From: Alphaproteobacteria bacterium
GTDB lineage: Bacteria > Pseudomonadota > Alphaproteobacteria > SHVV01
DNA length: 64,000 nucleotides
Direction of reading: 5' to 3'
Assembly: GCA_965261735.1 (NCBI GenBank)
Contig: OZ253470.1
Location: 3,744,001 to 3,808,000 of the forward strand
A program made the position numbers and the translations under genes. This document shows, in pieces, positions 12,043 to 23,316 of this stretch; the first letter of the stretch is position 1, and every line of letters begins with the position of its first letter. The notes below the pieces were generated by a model that saw only the letters and a program-made list of their open reading frames with translations, was not told the DNA's origin and made no database searches.

Positions 12043-13566
12043 GGTTGATCCAGACGGCTTCGGGAAGCGGGGCGGGTTTCGGGGTGCCGTGGACGAAGCG
12101 TTCGGGGTGAAGGGCCCAGGCGGCTTGCAGGGTACGTCCGCGCTGAGCCAGCACATCCGGTGCCCAGTGATGATGGACATCATCGGGGGTGAGCATCGCG
12201 ATCCCGGCATGGCGGTGTTCGGTGTTGTACCAGGGGAAGAACGACCGGCAGAAGGCGATGGCGGCGGTAATGTCTTCGAAGCGCCCAGGGAAGCCGGGGT
12301 GATACTTCAGGGTCTTGAACTGCGCTTCGGAGAACGGGTTGTCATCGCTGACCTGGGGGCGGCTCAGAGAGCGGGTGACCCCGAGGTCGGCGAGGAGTTG
12401 GGCGGTACACTTGCTGGTCATCGGCGCGCCGCGGTCCGAATGCAGGGTGAGCACCTGGGGCTCGATGCCTTGCTTGAGACAGGTTTCCTCGATCAGCGTC
12501 GCGGCGAGCGCGGCGTTCTCCCGATCGGCAACCATCCAGCCCACGACGCAGCGGCTGAAGATGTCGAGCAAGACATAGAGGTAGAAGGACGTCCAGCGTT
12601 TGGGCCCCCGGAGCCGGGTGATATCCCAGGACCAGGTCTGGTTGGGGCCCGTGGCCACCAGCTCGGGCTTGGTGTAGCAGGGATGACTGCGCTGATTGCG
12701 CCGCTCTCGCACCGGCTAGTTCGCGGCCAGGATCCGGTATATCGTGCGCTCGGCGCACAGATACTGGCCTTCATCGAGCAGCGTCGCGACGACCTCGGCC
12801 GGTGACCGGTCGACGAAGCGCGGGCTGGCGAGCACGTCGAGGACGTGCGCGCGTTCGGACGCACACAGGGCCCGGGCGGGCGTAGGACGGGGCTGCTGAT
12901 GCCCGGGAGCGGGCCTCTGACGACGGTAGAAGGAAGCCCGTGGCACCCCCAGCGCTCGGCACGCCGGCGCCACGCCGACCTGCGATGCGAGCGGCTGGAC
13001 GGCCATCAGCAGTCCTTCCCGTGTTCGAGGCTGAATCCCAGCAGCCCGGCAACTTTTCCCTGGACGTCCAGGATCGTATGGGCGGTGTGCAGCTCCTTCT
13101 CCAGCCGAGCCACTTTCGCCTCGAGCTCGTGCACCTTCGCGCTGAGGGGGTTGCGCTCGGCGGGCTTCCGACCGCGTTTGCTCGGGGTCAGGCCTTGAAG
13201 CGACCCTTCACGCCGCGCCCTGCGCCATTCCGTCAGATGGGAGCTGTACAGCCCCTCGCGGCGAAGCAGCCGGCCCACCTCGCCGGGCTGCGTGCAGCTC
13301 TCTGCCTCCTCCAGAATCCGCAGTCGATACTGCGCGGTGAACTTGCGCCTCTTCGGCTTGGCCACGACCTCCGGGTCCGGCGTTGGCCGCGCGTGGCTGG
13401 CACCGGCCCCGGGGGCCTCGTCGCGACGCTCCTCGACCCCCAGGGCCGGAGCGTCCATCTCTTGCAATGTCATCGATTCTCTCTCTGCGGTCATTGGTAT
13501 TCACCTCCACCGCCCTACAGTAATTCCAAGGGGGGCCGGTGTCTCAGTGAGGTTGGCAGAGAGGGC
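12043..13566 (-). mobile_element. IS3-family element (orfA 13006-13494; orfB with internal TAG), 3' end cut by IS1595
   Basis: HTH orfA; rve motifs WSWDIT, LHSDRG, DNPFSEAQFKTLK; near-identical to 53195-54750. Confidence 0.9.
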
Positions 13567-13701
13567 TTCTCGCTCGCCAGGGTTCCTCCTCAAACGGAAA
13601 CAAGCCTGTTATGATGTGGTGACAACGCTGTGCACAGAAACAGCGATCAAGAACGGCACATCAGTGGGGCAACAATCATGGGGCAATTAGCAGTGACTTG
13701 G

Positions 13702-13923
13702 ATGAAGACGACCGTCGTCGCAATCATTGTGACCGGCGCGCTGGCCACCTCCGGGTGTTCGAGCGAAGGTTTCACATGGATCAACGGTGATCGATACCGG
13801 TTCCTCGGTATCGAGTCCCGTTGCGCACCCGATGGCTCCCTTGTCCTGTGGCAGCGCGCTAACGATGCCGGTGACTTCGGCGCGGTCCAGGCCTCTTCGG
13901 CAAACTGCACCGGCGGGCCATAA
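13702..13923 (+). CDS. Small putative lipoprotein
   Basis: MKTTVVAIIVTGALATSGC lipobox-like signal. Confidence 0.45.
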   Translation: MKTTVVAIIVTGALATSGCSSEGFTWINGDRYRFLGIESRCAPDGSLVLWQRANDAGDFGAVQASSANCTGGP

Positions 13924-14244
13924 GGGCTAAAGCCGGCCCGATGGACACGTCCTTCGGCAATTGGCGCTCCGCGTAGCGCGGCGCCCGCCGGGGAAGTCCC
14001 GGGCGAGGATCGCGGGGGGACAGCATCGGAGAGCCTCGCGGCGAACTACCGGCGACCCATCCCAGCCAGCTGAAAGTGATGGCGCGAAGGATCTGCCGGG
14101 TGGCGGTACTGGGGGCGACCCCGATCCGGAACACGTCCCGGCCGAGGAATTCGCCTTAGATTCTGGAAATTCAGGATGTCATTGACCCGGAACCACGACG
14201 GATCGTCCGCCGTTTCGTTCTTTGGCATCATTTTGAACAGAAAC

Positions 14245-15879
14245 GGGTGCGAGTCTCGCATGGCAGTGATGTCTGCGGCTTGGTTCGTTGAGTTCAGGCA
14301 GCGATTGCCATGGCTGCTGCACGTGGACTGATGTTGTCGTTGGCCGGTGTGTCGGTTGCGCTGATCAGGGCCTTCCATGCGCGCTCGAAGCGGCCGGATT
14401 TGATCAGGGCGCGGAAGGTCAGAACAGCCTGTCCGCCGACGATCCGCCAGCGCATGCCGGAGCGCTTCATGCGCTGTGTCACCAGGGATCTTGTTGGCAG
14501 CCTCGACCACGCCTGAGCCGATGGCGATGCCCTCTTCCTTCAGGGCGTGGTAGCGCATGCGATGGCGATGCTTGCGGAAGAAGGCGAGTTCCCGCTCGGT
14601 CTCGGCCCGGTCCGGCGCAGCGGCGGCATCGCGAAGGTGGCGCAGCGCCCGGATCACCTTGGCGACGCCACGGGGATCGTGACGGAGGATCTCGCGGTAC
14701 TTCTCGAACCAGCCGGGCGCCACGGCATGGTCGGACGCGGTTTGCAGATGTTCGCAAGCATGCCAGAAGTCGATCACCTCGGTTTCGGGCGACAGGGTCT
14801 CCAGGAAGGTCCAGTTGTCGGCGGCGCCATCGGCGATAGCGACGATCCCGATCTCGGGGCGTGCTCGCCTGATGTGTGCGACTTCGCTTGCAAGCTGCGC
14901 CTTCAGCGTGAGCTTGCCGCTCTCCGGCATGGGGCCGAGATAGAGGGTCTTCAGGCGCTTGCCCTCGGCGTCGTGGAAGGAGACCGTGCCGCAGGCGGCC
15001 TCGCGCCAGGAGGCCTTGGCGCGACCGTCCTCGCCGGGTCTCAGCGGCACCATGACGCCGTCGAGGGAGACCGAGGCGGTGGTCGCGTCCTGCGGTATGC
15101 CCTCGGCCTCACGGATGCTGCCCAGCGTCTCCGGGCCGAGGCTCTCCCAGCATTCGTGCATGCTCAGGGTCAGGCGCTCACCGACGGCGTCATGGCGCCG
15201 GTCTTCGCAAAGAACGCCGCCGCTTCCCGGGCCGTGCAGCGACCCATCATCAGCAGACCGAGCTCGGCCGCCGGCCGCGTCAGGTAATCGTCGACGAGGC
15301 CCAGGCTCTCGTCGACCGGCACCGGCGATGCCCCGCTCGCGCCGCTGCGGTAACGCGCTCGCCGGTAGGCGAGCGAGGTCATGATCGTCTTCGGCGTCAC
15401 CGCGACCCGGAACCAGCTCTGCCCGTCCCGCTCGATCCGGGAAGCGCCATCGTCCCGGTTCTCGATGACGGCGCCCATGACATCGCGAGCGAACTCGTTC
15501 GTGGCCTCACGCACCCGCAACTCGACCTCCTCGGGCACCTCGGGGCGCGGCTCGGAACGAAGCTCCTCGCGACACAGTGCGAGCACCCGGGCGGCCGCCT
15601 CGACGACCCGAGGAGGCAGGCCGGAAAGATCGATGGACGAAGGCGCCGGAGGCGGGGATACTGCCATGGGAATGCTCCCGATGTTGGGTTTCGAGACACG
15701 GCATCGTACCGCTTCTGGCGGTGCGGAGCGTTCCCACCTTCCCCTGCTCGACCCTGCCGTCGTGACAAAATCCTGCCTTGGAGCGGCCCATTGTCACGAA
15801 TAGCCGTTTTCGGCCGTTCGTCTCGACACAAAAACGCACTAAATCAATGACTTAGATTTTCCATACCAGACCCACACCC
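14245..15879 (-). mobile_element. ISKra4/ISLre2-like IS, frameshifted transposase (copy 2)
   Basis: Near-identical to 2745-4380, same termini. Confidence 0.85.
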
Positions 15880-16367
15880 TCCATAACTCCGGTCGCGCCA
15901 TGGTATGGGAACAGACCCCTGCGTTTTTCCCGTTCGCGAGATGAGAGAGGAATTCTCTTACTATCGAGTAGTTCGACCACTTCCCCGACACCGACGGCAG
16001 CCCATCCTTCCGGTTTCCCGTCCTCATCCAGCTTGTCGGGAAACAGATCCCAAATTTCCGGTGCGAGGTAAGGATCGCGGCCCTCGATCTTGGCGCGGGT
16101 GGGTCCGAAATCCACGAACCAGTCCTTGAACAGCGCCCGCGCCATCGCCTCCAGCGTCTCGTTCATGCGCCGGTTCAGCTCGATCTTGTCGTCCAGCGTG
16201 CCGAGGATGTGAGCGATGGCACGTTGTTCGTTGACATCATCGGGGAACCAAACAGGAGCCTGATGCAAATGATTCCAGTTTAGCCCAGGCACCGCTGCTT
16301 TGTCTGAAAAGGGCAGAAAATCAATGCCTTTCAAGAAATAGCTGATAAACCGTGGATCATTATTTTT
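15880..16367 (-). pseudogene. hsdS: Type I restriction-modification specificity subunit, internal fragment
   Basis: Conserved EQRAIAHILGTLDDKIELNRRMNETLEAMARALFKDWFVDF spacer followed by PEGW; cut by an IS on both sides. Confidence 0.9.
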
Positions 16368-16484
16368 GGGAATTGTATACAATTCTAGCCAATATCTCGA
16401 CATATCATTGATTTCATTACACAAATAAGCGCTTGAACCTTCTGGCTCGTTTTCCCTATATTATTAGCCATAGGGAGATTACAC

Positions 16485-18533
16485 ATGGCCAAACGCGACA
16501 AGATTGAAATCATGAGCGCCTGGGATTTCATGGCGCGATTTCCTACTGACAAGGATGCGCGAGGCCATATCGAGCGGATGCGCTGGGGCAATGAACCTTA
16601 CTGCCCTCACTGCGGAAGCGTTCGGATCAGTCATATCACAAACGAGAAACCGCAACCTTATCGCTGCAAGGATTGCCGCAAGCACTTCTCGGTCACGACA
16701 GGGACGGTGTTCCAGTCCGCCAAACTCTCACCACGCAAGTGCCTCTATGCGATCTATCTCATGGTCATTGCCAAGAAGTCCATTTCAAGCTGCCAGATGG
16801 CGCGGGAATTGGGCTGCACGCAAAAGACAGCGTGGTATCTCGCCCAGCGCATTCGTGAGACATGGCTCAACAAGTCCAGCATTGGCGACCCGATGGCTGG
16901 CGAGATTGAAATCGATGAAACCTATATAGGCGGGCTGGAGCGCAACAAGCACGCATCGAAAAAGTTGAAGGCCGGACGTGGCCCGGTCGGAAAGCAGCCG
17001 GTTATCGGGCTGCGGGAACGCGGATCGGGCCAAGTTAGGGCGCACCCAATTACCGGAACCGATGCGGCGCATCTACAAGGCGCAGTGCGTTCAGAGGTGG
17101 TGCCGGGATCAACTATCCTTGCCTATCCGGGTTACACCCACACCCACTAGGGCTAGAATGGGCGCAACCCGGATATAGGGGAGCGCGCCATGGATGTTCT
17201 CGACCGCGCCGATCTCCCATTCCCGCATTCGCTACCCGAGTTCCAGCGACTTTTCCCCGATGATGCGGCCTGCGCCGCCTACCTGGAGAAAGCCCGCTGG
17301 GGAGACGGCTTTGCCTGCCCGCACTGCGGCACGGCGGGAGAGCCGTTCCACTTTGAAAACCGCCCTGGCGTCCTGCGCTGCCGCAAGTGCCGCCAGAACA
17401 CCGGGCTGACGGTGGGAACAGTGATGGAGCGTAGCCACACTCCGCTGAACGTCTGGTTCTGGGCCGCTTATCTGGTCGCCAGTCAGACGCCCGGCATGTC
17501 CGCCGTGCAGTTTCAGCGGCAACTTGGTCTTTCGCGCTACGAGACGGCCTTTCAAATTCTCCACAAGCTCCGCTCGGGCATGGTGCGGCCCAACCAAGAC
17601 AGGATCGGTGGACAGCCCAAGAACCATGTTGAGGTGGACGAAACCTGGGTTGGCGGGCGAACGCGTGGGGAAGGCCGTGGTGTTCACCACAAGGTTCCCG
17701 TCTCCTGTGCCATCGAGGTGCGTCATCGAAAGCCGGGCACCAAGCTCGACAACCGGAAAGACGGACGCTATGCCGGACGCGTTCGGCTCGCCGTCGTGCT
17801 CGACCGTAGCGCCGAGTCGCTCTGTGGGTTCGTCGAGAGCACCGTCGCGCCGCGATCGCTGATCGTTACTGACGATTGGAGCGGCTATGCTGGCCTCGGT
17901 AAGCGCGGCTATGAGCACTTCGCTGTTGCCGAGTGTGGTGATCCAGAGGTTGCCGAGCAATACCTGCCGATCATCCATCTGGTTTTCGCCAACCTGAAGA
18001 CGTGGCTGATCGGTATCCACCACGGCGTTAGCCACCAGCACCTACAAGCCTACCTCAACGAGTTCACCTTCCGCTTCAACAGGCGGTTCTACCCGTTCAG
18101 CGCCTTCCGCTCATTGCTCGGCATCGCGGGCGACACCTCTGCTCCAACCTATGCCGAGCTTTACTCGGGAGAGTGGTGGCACCCTACATGTAGCGGTCAT
18201 GGGCGTTAACCGGATAGGCAAGCAACTATCTACACAGACGGTCATCGCGCCTATCGCGGTATGGGCGAGTACATTCATGAAGCGGTCGAGCATTCGGTCG
18301 GAGAGTATGTCCGCGATCAAGCCCACACCAACGGGATCGAATCCTTCTGGGCTTTGTTGAAGCGCGGATATATTGGAACCTTCCACCATTTCTCCGAGAA
18401 GCATATGGGTCGCTATGTCGATGAGTTCGCAACCCGCCATAACAGGCGGAAATGGGATACGATGGCCCATATAGACCAGAGCCTCCGCAACGCGGGCGGA
18501 GTCCTTGGCTACAAACGCCTCACCGCGAACTAG
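16485..18533 (+). pseudogene. IS1595 element B transposase, interrupted by element A
   Basis: CPHCG zinc ribbon, EIDETYIGG, STI|YTDGH and HTNGIESFW motifs rejoin after removing 17118-18230. Confidence 0.9.
17118..18222 (+). mobile_element. IS1595 element A, full length (transposase 17190-18209)
   Basis: IRs CTTGCCTATCCGG; 8-bp TSD CAACTATC. Confidence 0.97.
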
Positions 18534-18542
18534 AGCCAGCCT

Positions 18543-19298
18543 ATGCCGCGCAAAGCCCAGCAGATGATTGAGCCCATCGACACAACGATGGATACCCTGA
18601 CCGCGACCGTGTTTTCCGGCCAAAGAACCGTGCAAGCACCGCCGCTAGCTTTGCCTGATGTTCTGAAACCGAACGTACGGCTGAAAATGGACGGGTTGGC
18701 GTTTCTGGACCTGTTGCCCGAAGCGTCGGTCCCGGTCGCTTTCCTCGACCCGCAATACCGCGGGGTTCTTGAAAAGCTGGCCTACGGGAACGAAGGCATG
18801 GGTCGGGGCAAGCGCCGTTGTGCACTTGAACAGATGCATGAAGACACAATCGGCCAATTCGTGCGGGGCATTCATCGGGCGCTGATCCCTTCCGGTCACC
18901 TGTTTCTATGGGTCGACAAGTTTCACCTCTGCCAAGGTGTCCACCCATGGTTGGAAGGAACCCTCCTTGACATCGTTGACCTGCTGACTTGGGACAAGGG
19001 CACGTTTGGCATGGGATACCGAACACGGCGGCGGGCCGAATATTGCGTGATCCTGCAAAAGCCGCCGCGCAAGGCGAAGGGCGTCTGGAAAATCCACAAC
19101 ATCCCGGACGTGCACAAAGAAGCCGCGCCGAAAACCGGGCACCCGCACGCGAAGCCTGTGGACCTGCAAGGCGAGTTGATGGCCGCCGTGAGCCATGAGG
19201 GCGATTTCGTCATAGACCCGGCCGCAGGATCGTTCTCGGTCCTGCAAGCGGCCAAGAACCGCCGACGCACCTTTCTCGGGTGCGACCTGAACGGCTAG
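18543..19298 (+). CDS. N6A/N4C DNA methyltransferase (beta-class motif order)
   Basis: FLDPQY catalytic motif, HPHAKP, VIDPAAGS SAM-binding motif, FLGCDL. Confidence 0.9.
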   Translation: MPRKAQQMIEPIDTTMDTLTATVFSGQRTVQAPPLALPDVLKPNVRLKMDGLAFLDLLPEASVPVAFLDPQYRGVLEKLAYGNEGMGRGKRRCALEQMHEDTIGQFVRGIHRALIPSGHLFLWVDKFHLCQGVHPWLEGTLLDIVDLLTWDKGTFGMGYRTRRRAEYCVILQKPPRKAKGVWKIHNIPDVHKEAAPKTGHPHAKPVDLQGELMAAVSHEGDFVIDPAAGSFSVLQAAKNRRRTFLGCDLNG

Positions 19299-19886
19299 CG
19301 GCATGGCCCGCCTTCGGGACGCCAAGCCCAAGAACACGTCTGGTTCATACGAGCGCATTTTTGGCAATCCCGAGCTGGGCGCACTGGCCAGCAAGATTCA
19401 GTCTGCCGTGATTACGTCCGGCTCGGAACTCGAAGCGATGATCGTGGCTGCGGTCCCGAATATCCCAGACCTAGATCCTTTCCTGGAGCAGGAGATCATG
19501 CCGGAAGGCGTGTTCCTGGCCACCAAGCGCCAGATCAAGAAATCGGGTACCTTGGATTTTGCCGGGTCCGAACCTGACTTCATGGTGTTCAAGCGGCGGA
19601 AGAAGATACCTTGCCTATCCGGTTTACACCCACACCCACTAGGGCTAGAATGGGCGCAACCCGGATATAGGGGAGCGCGCCATGGATGTTCTCGACCGCG
19701 CCGATCTCCCATTCCCGCATTCGCTACCCGAGTTCCAGCGACTTTTCCCCGATGATGCGGCCTGTGTTGGTAGCGACCGTAAATTTCCCATTTGTAACGA
19801 CCCAAAATTTCTCACTTTGGGCTTGTCGCTGAAGGCGTCCCGGGCCGCTCTGTTGGCTTTGCCAACAGAGCGGGATCGGTGCGCGG

Positions 19887-20909
19887 ATGTACAAATGGGA
19901 GACCAGGATGTTGTTGAAGCACTATCTGGACCGGGGTGTCTCGAAGGCGGAGCTGTCGAGGCGGTTCGGGGTGAACCGTCGGACGATCCACAATTGGGTC
20001 GATACCGGCCAACTGGACCGGGATCTGGCGGCCGGTGCGCGAGGGTATTCGCCCCGTCCGCCGGTGGCCCACAAGCTGGACCCCTACAAGGCGATCATCG
20101 ACGCCCGTCTTGAGGCGTTCCCGAAGCTGTCGGCGAAGCGGCTTTTCGATGAGGTCCGCGCTGCGGACTACCCGGGCTGCTACTCTCGCGTGAACGACTA
20201 CGTGCGGGCGACGCGACCGCGCGAACCGGTTGAATCGCTGGTCCGGTTCGAGACGCCGGCGGGGCGTCAGGGCCAGGTGGACTTCGGTACGTTCACGCTG
20301 CCCTGGGGCCGGCGCCATGCCCTGGTGATCGTCCTCGGCTTCACCCGGCTGCTGTGGCTGCACTTCTATACTCGGCAGACCATGCCGGTCCTGATGGAAG
20401 GTCTGGAGAGCGCCTTCGACCGGTTCGGCGGGGTTCCGGAGGAGCTGCTGTTCGACCAGATGCGCGCCGTGGTGCTGTCCGACGACCGCGGGGCCGGCGG
20501 CGGCCTGGTGCTGAACGAGGAGTTTCTGCGGTTCGCCGCGCACTGGGGGTTCATGCCGCGCTCGTGCCGACCCTATCGGGCCCAGACCAAGGGCAAAGTG
20601 GAGCGCCCGATCCGCTACATCCGCGAGAGCTTCTTCTACGGCCGCTCGTTTGCGAATGACAACGATCTCAACGAGCAGGCCGTGCGCTGGCTGGAGGGCA
20701 CAGCCAACGTCCGCCGGCATGCCACGACCGGGGAGCGTCCTGTCGACCGCTTCGAGCGCGACGAGCGAGCGGTGCTTCTCCCCTTGGCGAACCATCCCTA
20801 TCGACGTCTCGGCGTCCGGCATGCTCCGGAGCCCGCGCCGCGGCGACTGCCGGCAACCGTGAAGGTCGAGCAGCGACCGCTTAGTGTCTATGCGGAGGCG
20901 CTGCAATGA
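19887..20909 (+). CDS. istA: IS21 transposase
   Basis: RFETPAGRQGQVDFG and TKGKVER motifs. Confidence 0.95.
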   Translation: MYKWETRMLLKHYLDRGVSKAELSRRFGVNRRTIHNWVDTGQLDRDLAAGARGYSPRPPVAHKLDPYKAIIDARLEAFPKLSAKRLFDEVRAADYPGCYSRVNDYVRATRPREPVESLVRFETPAGRQGQVDFGTFTLPWGRRHALVIVLGFTRLLWLHFYTRQTMPVLMEGLESAFDRFGGVPEELLFDQMRAVVLSDDRGAGGGLVLNEEFLRFAAHWGFMPRSCRPYRAQTKGKVERPIRYIRESFFYGRSFANDNDLNEQAVRWLEGTANVRRHATTGERPVDRFERDERAVLLPLANHPYRRLGVRHAPEPAPRRLPATVKVEQRPLSVYAEALQ

Positions 20910-21703
20910 ACGCTCCGGCGCCGGCCCGGCGCGACCGGCTGCGGGCAATGCTGGCGGACCTCAAGATGCCGGGCGCGCTGGAGGCCGTCGACGGCATCCT
21001 CTCGGACGCCGACGGCGGCACGATCTCGGCGGCCGAGGCCATCGAGCAGTTGCTGAACGCCCAGATCGTGCTGCGCAACAACCGCCGTCTCCAGACCGCC
21101 ATGCGCTCTTCGCGGCTGCCGGCTGTGAAGACGCTCGATCAGTTCGACTTCGCCTTCCAGCCCAGCATCAAGCGCGAGCAGATCGAGAGCTTGCACGAGC
21201 TCGGCTTCCTGGACCGCGGCGAGAACGTGATCCTGCTCGGCCCACCAGGCGTCGGGAAAACGCACTTGGCGATCAGCCTCGCGATCGCGGCGGCCGAGGC
21301 CGGCCGGCGCGTCTACTACGGCACGCTCGCGGCGCTGATCGAGTCCCTCACCGAGGCCAAGGCCGCCGGCAATCTGACCCGGCGGCTGCGCGTGCTCACC
21401 CATCCGGCCCTGCTGGTGGTCGACGAGATCGGCTACCTGCCGGTCAACCAGGACGGCGCCGTGCTCTTCTTCCAGCTCATCAACGCCCGGCACGAGAGGG
21501 CGTCGACTGTGCTGACGTCGAACAAGGGTTTCGAGGACTGGGGTGGCGTGCTCGGCGACGAGGTCATGGCGGCGGCTCTCATCGACCGCCTTGTGCACCA
21601 CTGCCACATCGTCAACATCCGGGGCAACAGCTACCGGATGAAGGAGCATCAGAACCTGCTGCAGTCCGGCTCGGATCGACGCAGGAAAAGAGCCGCCGCG
21701 TGA
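20906..21703 (+). CDS. istB: IS21 helper ATPase
   Basis: GPPGVGKT Walker A, LLVVDEIGY Walker B. Confidence 0.95.
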   Translation: MNAPAPARRDRLRAMLADLKMPGALEAVDGILSDADGGTISAAEAIEQLLNAQIVLRNNRRLQTAMRSSRLPAVKTLDQFDFAFQPSIKREQIESLHELGFLDRGENVILLGPPGVGKTHLAISLAIAAAEAGRRVYYGTLAALIESLTEAKAAGNLTRRLRVLTHPALLVVDEIGYLPVNQDGAVLFFQLINARHERASTVLTSNKGFEDWGGVLGDEVMAAALIDRLVHHCHIVNIRGNSYRMKEHQNLLQSGSDRRRKRAAA

Positions 21704-23316
21704 TCGCCGGCTCAAACGGAGACAGGAGCGGTGACACCCGCCCGCTGTGGATAACCGGGTTGTCGCCGCCAGACTCTTGGCGGTCGCTGCGCCAACCCGG
21801 TTACCTACAGCTCGACCAAGTCCGACACCCCAAACACCGCGTCTGGGGGTACGACCGAACGCTCAAAGTGAGAAATATTTCGATCGACAAAAGTGGGAAA
21901 TTTTCAGTCGCAATTGACAGCCTGCGCCGCCTACCTGGAGAAAGCCCGCTGGGGAGACGGCTTTGCCTGCCCGCACTGCGGCACGGCGGGAGAGCCGTTC
22001 CACTTTGAAAACCGCCCTGGCGTCCTGCGCTGCCGCAAGTGCCGCCAGAACACCGGGCTGACGGTGGGAACAGTGATGGAGCGTAGCCACACTCCGCTGA
22101 ACGTCTGGTTCTGGGCCGCTTATCTGGTCGCCAGTCAGACGCCCGGCATGTCCGCCGTGCAGTTTCAGCGGCAACTTGGTCTTTCGCGCTACGAGACGGC
22201 CTTTCAAATTCTCCACAAGCTCCGCTCGGGCATGGTGCGGCCCAACCAAGACAGGATCGGTGGACAGCCCAAGAACCATGTTGAGGTGGACGAAACCTGG
22301 GTTGGCGGGCGAACGCGTGGGGAAGGCCGTGGTGTTCACCACAAGGTTCCCGTCTCCTGTGCCATCGAGGTGCGTCATCGAAAGCCGGGCACCAAGCTCG
22401 ACAACCGGAAAGACGGACGCTATGCCGGACGCGTTCGGCTCGCCGTCGTGCTCGACCGTAGCGCCGAGTCGCTCTGTGGGTTCGTCGAGAGCACCGTCGC
22501 GCCGCGATCGCTGACCGTTACTGACGATTGGAGCGGCTATGCTGGCCTCGGTAAGCGCGGCTATGAGCACTTCGCTGTTGCCGAGCGTGGTGATCCAGAG
22601 GTTGCCGAGCAATACCTGCCGATCATCCATCTGGTTTTCGCCAACCTGAAGACGTGGCTGATCGGTATCCACCACGGCGTTAGCCACCAGCACCTACAAG
22701 CCTACCTCAACGAGTTCACCTTCCGCTTCAACAGGCGGTTCTACCCGTTCAACGCCTTCCGCTCATTGCTCGGCATCGCGGGCGACACCTCTGCTCCAAC
22801 CTATGCCGAGCTTTACTCGGGAGAGTGGCGGCACCCTACATGTAGCGGTCATGGGCGTTAACCGGATAGGCAAGGAAGATACAGGCCTGCCATATCGTCG
22901 AACTGAAAGACGGACATGTGTTCGACACCAAGAAGGCCGGGGCTGAGCGAACCGCTATGCATCGGTTTATTGAGCGGAATGCTCAGCACATTCAGTACCG
23001 GTTCGAATCGCATTTCGTCGCCTTCAATCAGGACGACAGAACCGCGATTTGGGAGGGGTTCAAGAAGAGGATCGCCTTGAGCGAAGCCATGACAGGTCGG
23101 CAATTCTGCCAGCTTCTTGAGATCGACTATGACGCCATTGTGCAGCCGCGGCTAGTCGATTGTGCCGACAACGTGGAGTTCTTTCTGTCAGAATTAACGA
23201 AGATCAAAGGCATCAAGCAGAGGCTGCTTGATCTGCTGAATGGCTAGGATTGTATATAATTCCCTTATGTTACCCAAAGATTATTTTCGGGCAGCGAATT
23301 CCGATGGGAGGCGACC

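Larger units (their letters stand above)
19765..21919 (+). mobile_element. IS21-family element
   Basis: TG...CA ends, 5-bp TSD GCCTG, istA-istB pair. Confidence 0.95.
19610..22874 (+). mobile_element. IS1595 element A interrupted by IS21
   Basis: Both IRs present; TSD GAAGATAC (19602-19609 / 22875-22882). Confidence 0.95.
19303..23247 (+). pseudogene. PD-(D/E)xK restriction endonuclease, interrupted by IS1595 A
   Basis: 19303-19609 plus 22883-23247 rejoin in frame: EPDFMVFKRRKKIQACHIVELKDG (~223 aa); lies directly after the MTase. Confidence 0.75.
16368..23264 (+). mobile_element. IS1595-family transporter IS (element B, ISNwi1-like) carrying a type II R-M pair; contains nested IS
   Basis: 22/24-bp IR GGGAATTGTATACAATTCTAGCCA (16368-16391 / 23241-23264) enclosing transposase, MTase and endonuclease; flanks do not form a perfect TSD. 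Confidence 0.85.

Noticed and set aside
14160-14244. Possible DUF262/GmrSD-like fragment (WFRVNDIL)
   Set aside because: Too short to support a family call
2745-15879. Composite transposon bounded by the two ISKra4-like copies
   Set aside because: No matching outer TSD, and the segment straddles the inferred inversion breakpoint
17232-18041. Recurrent 269-aa antisense ORF in the IS1595 copies, and similar long shadow ORFs elsewhere
   Set aside because: Antisense shadows of high-GC coding sequence; they recur only because the IS is repeated
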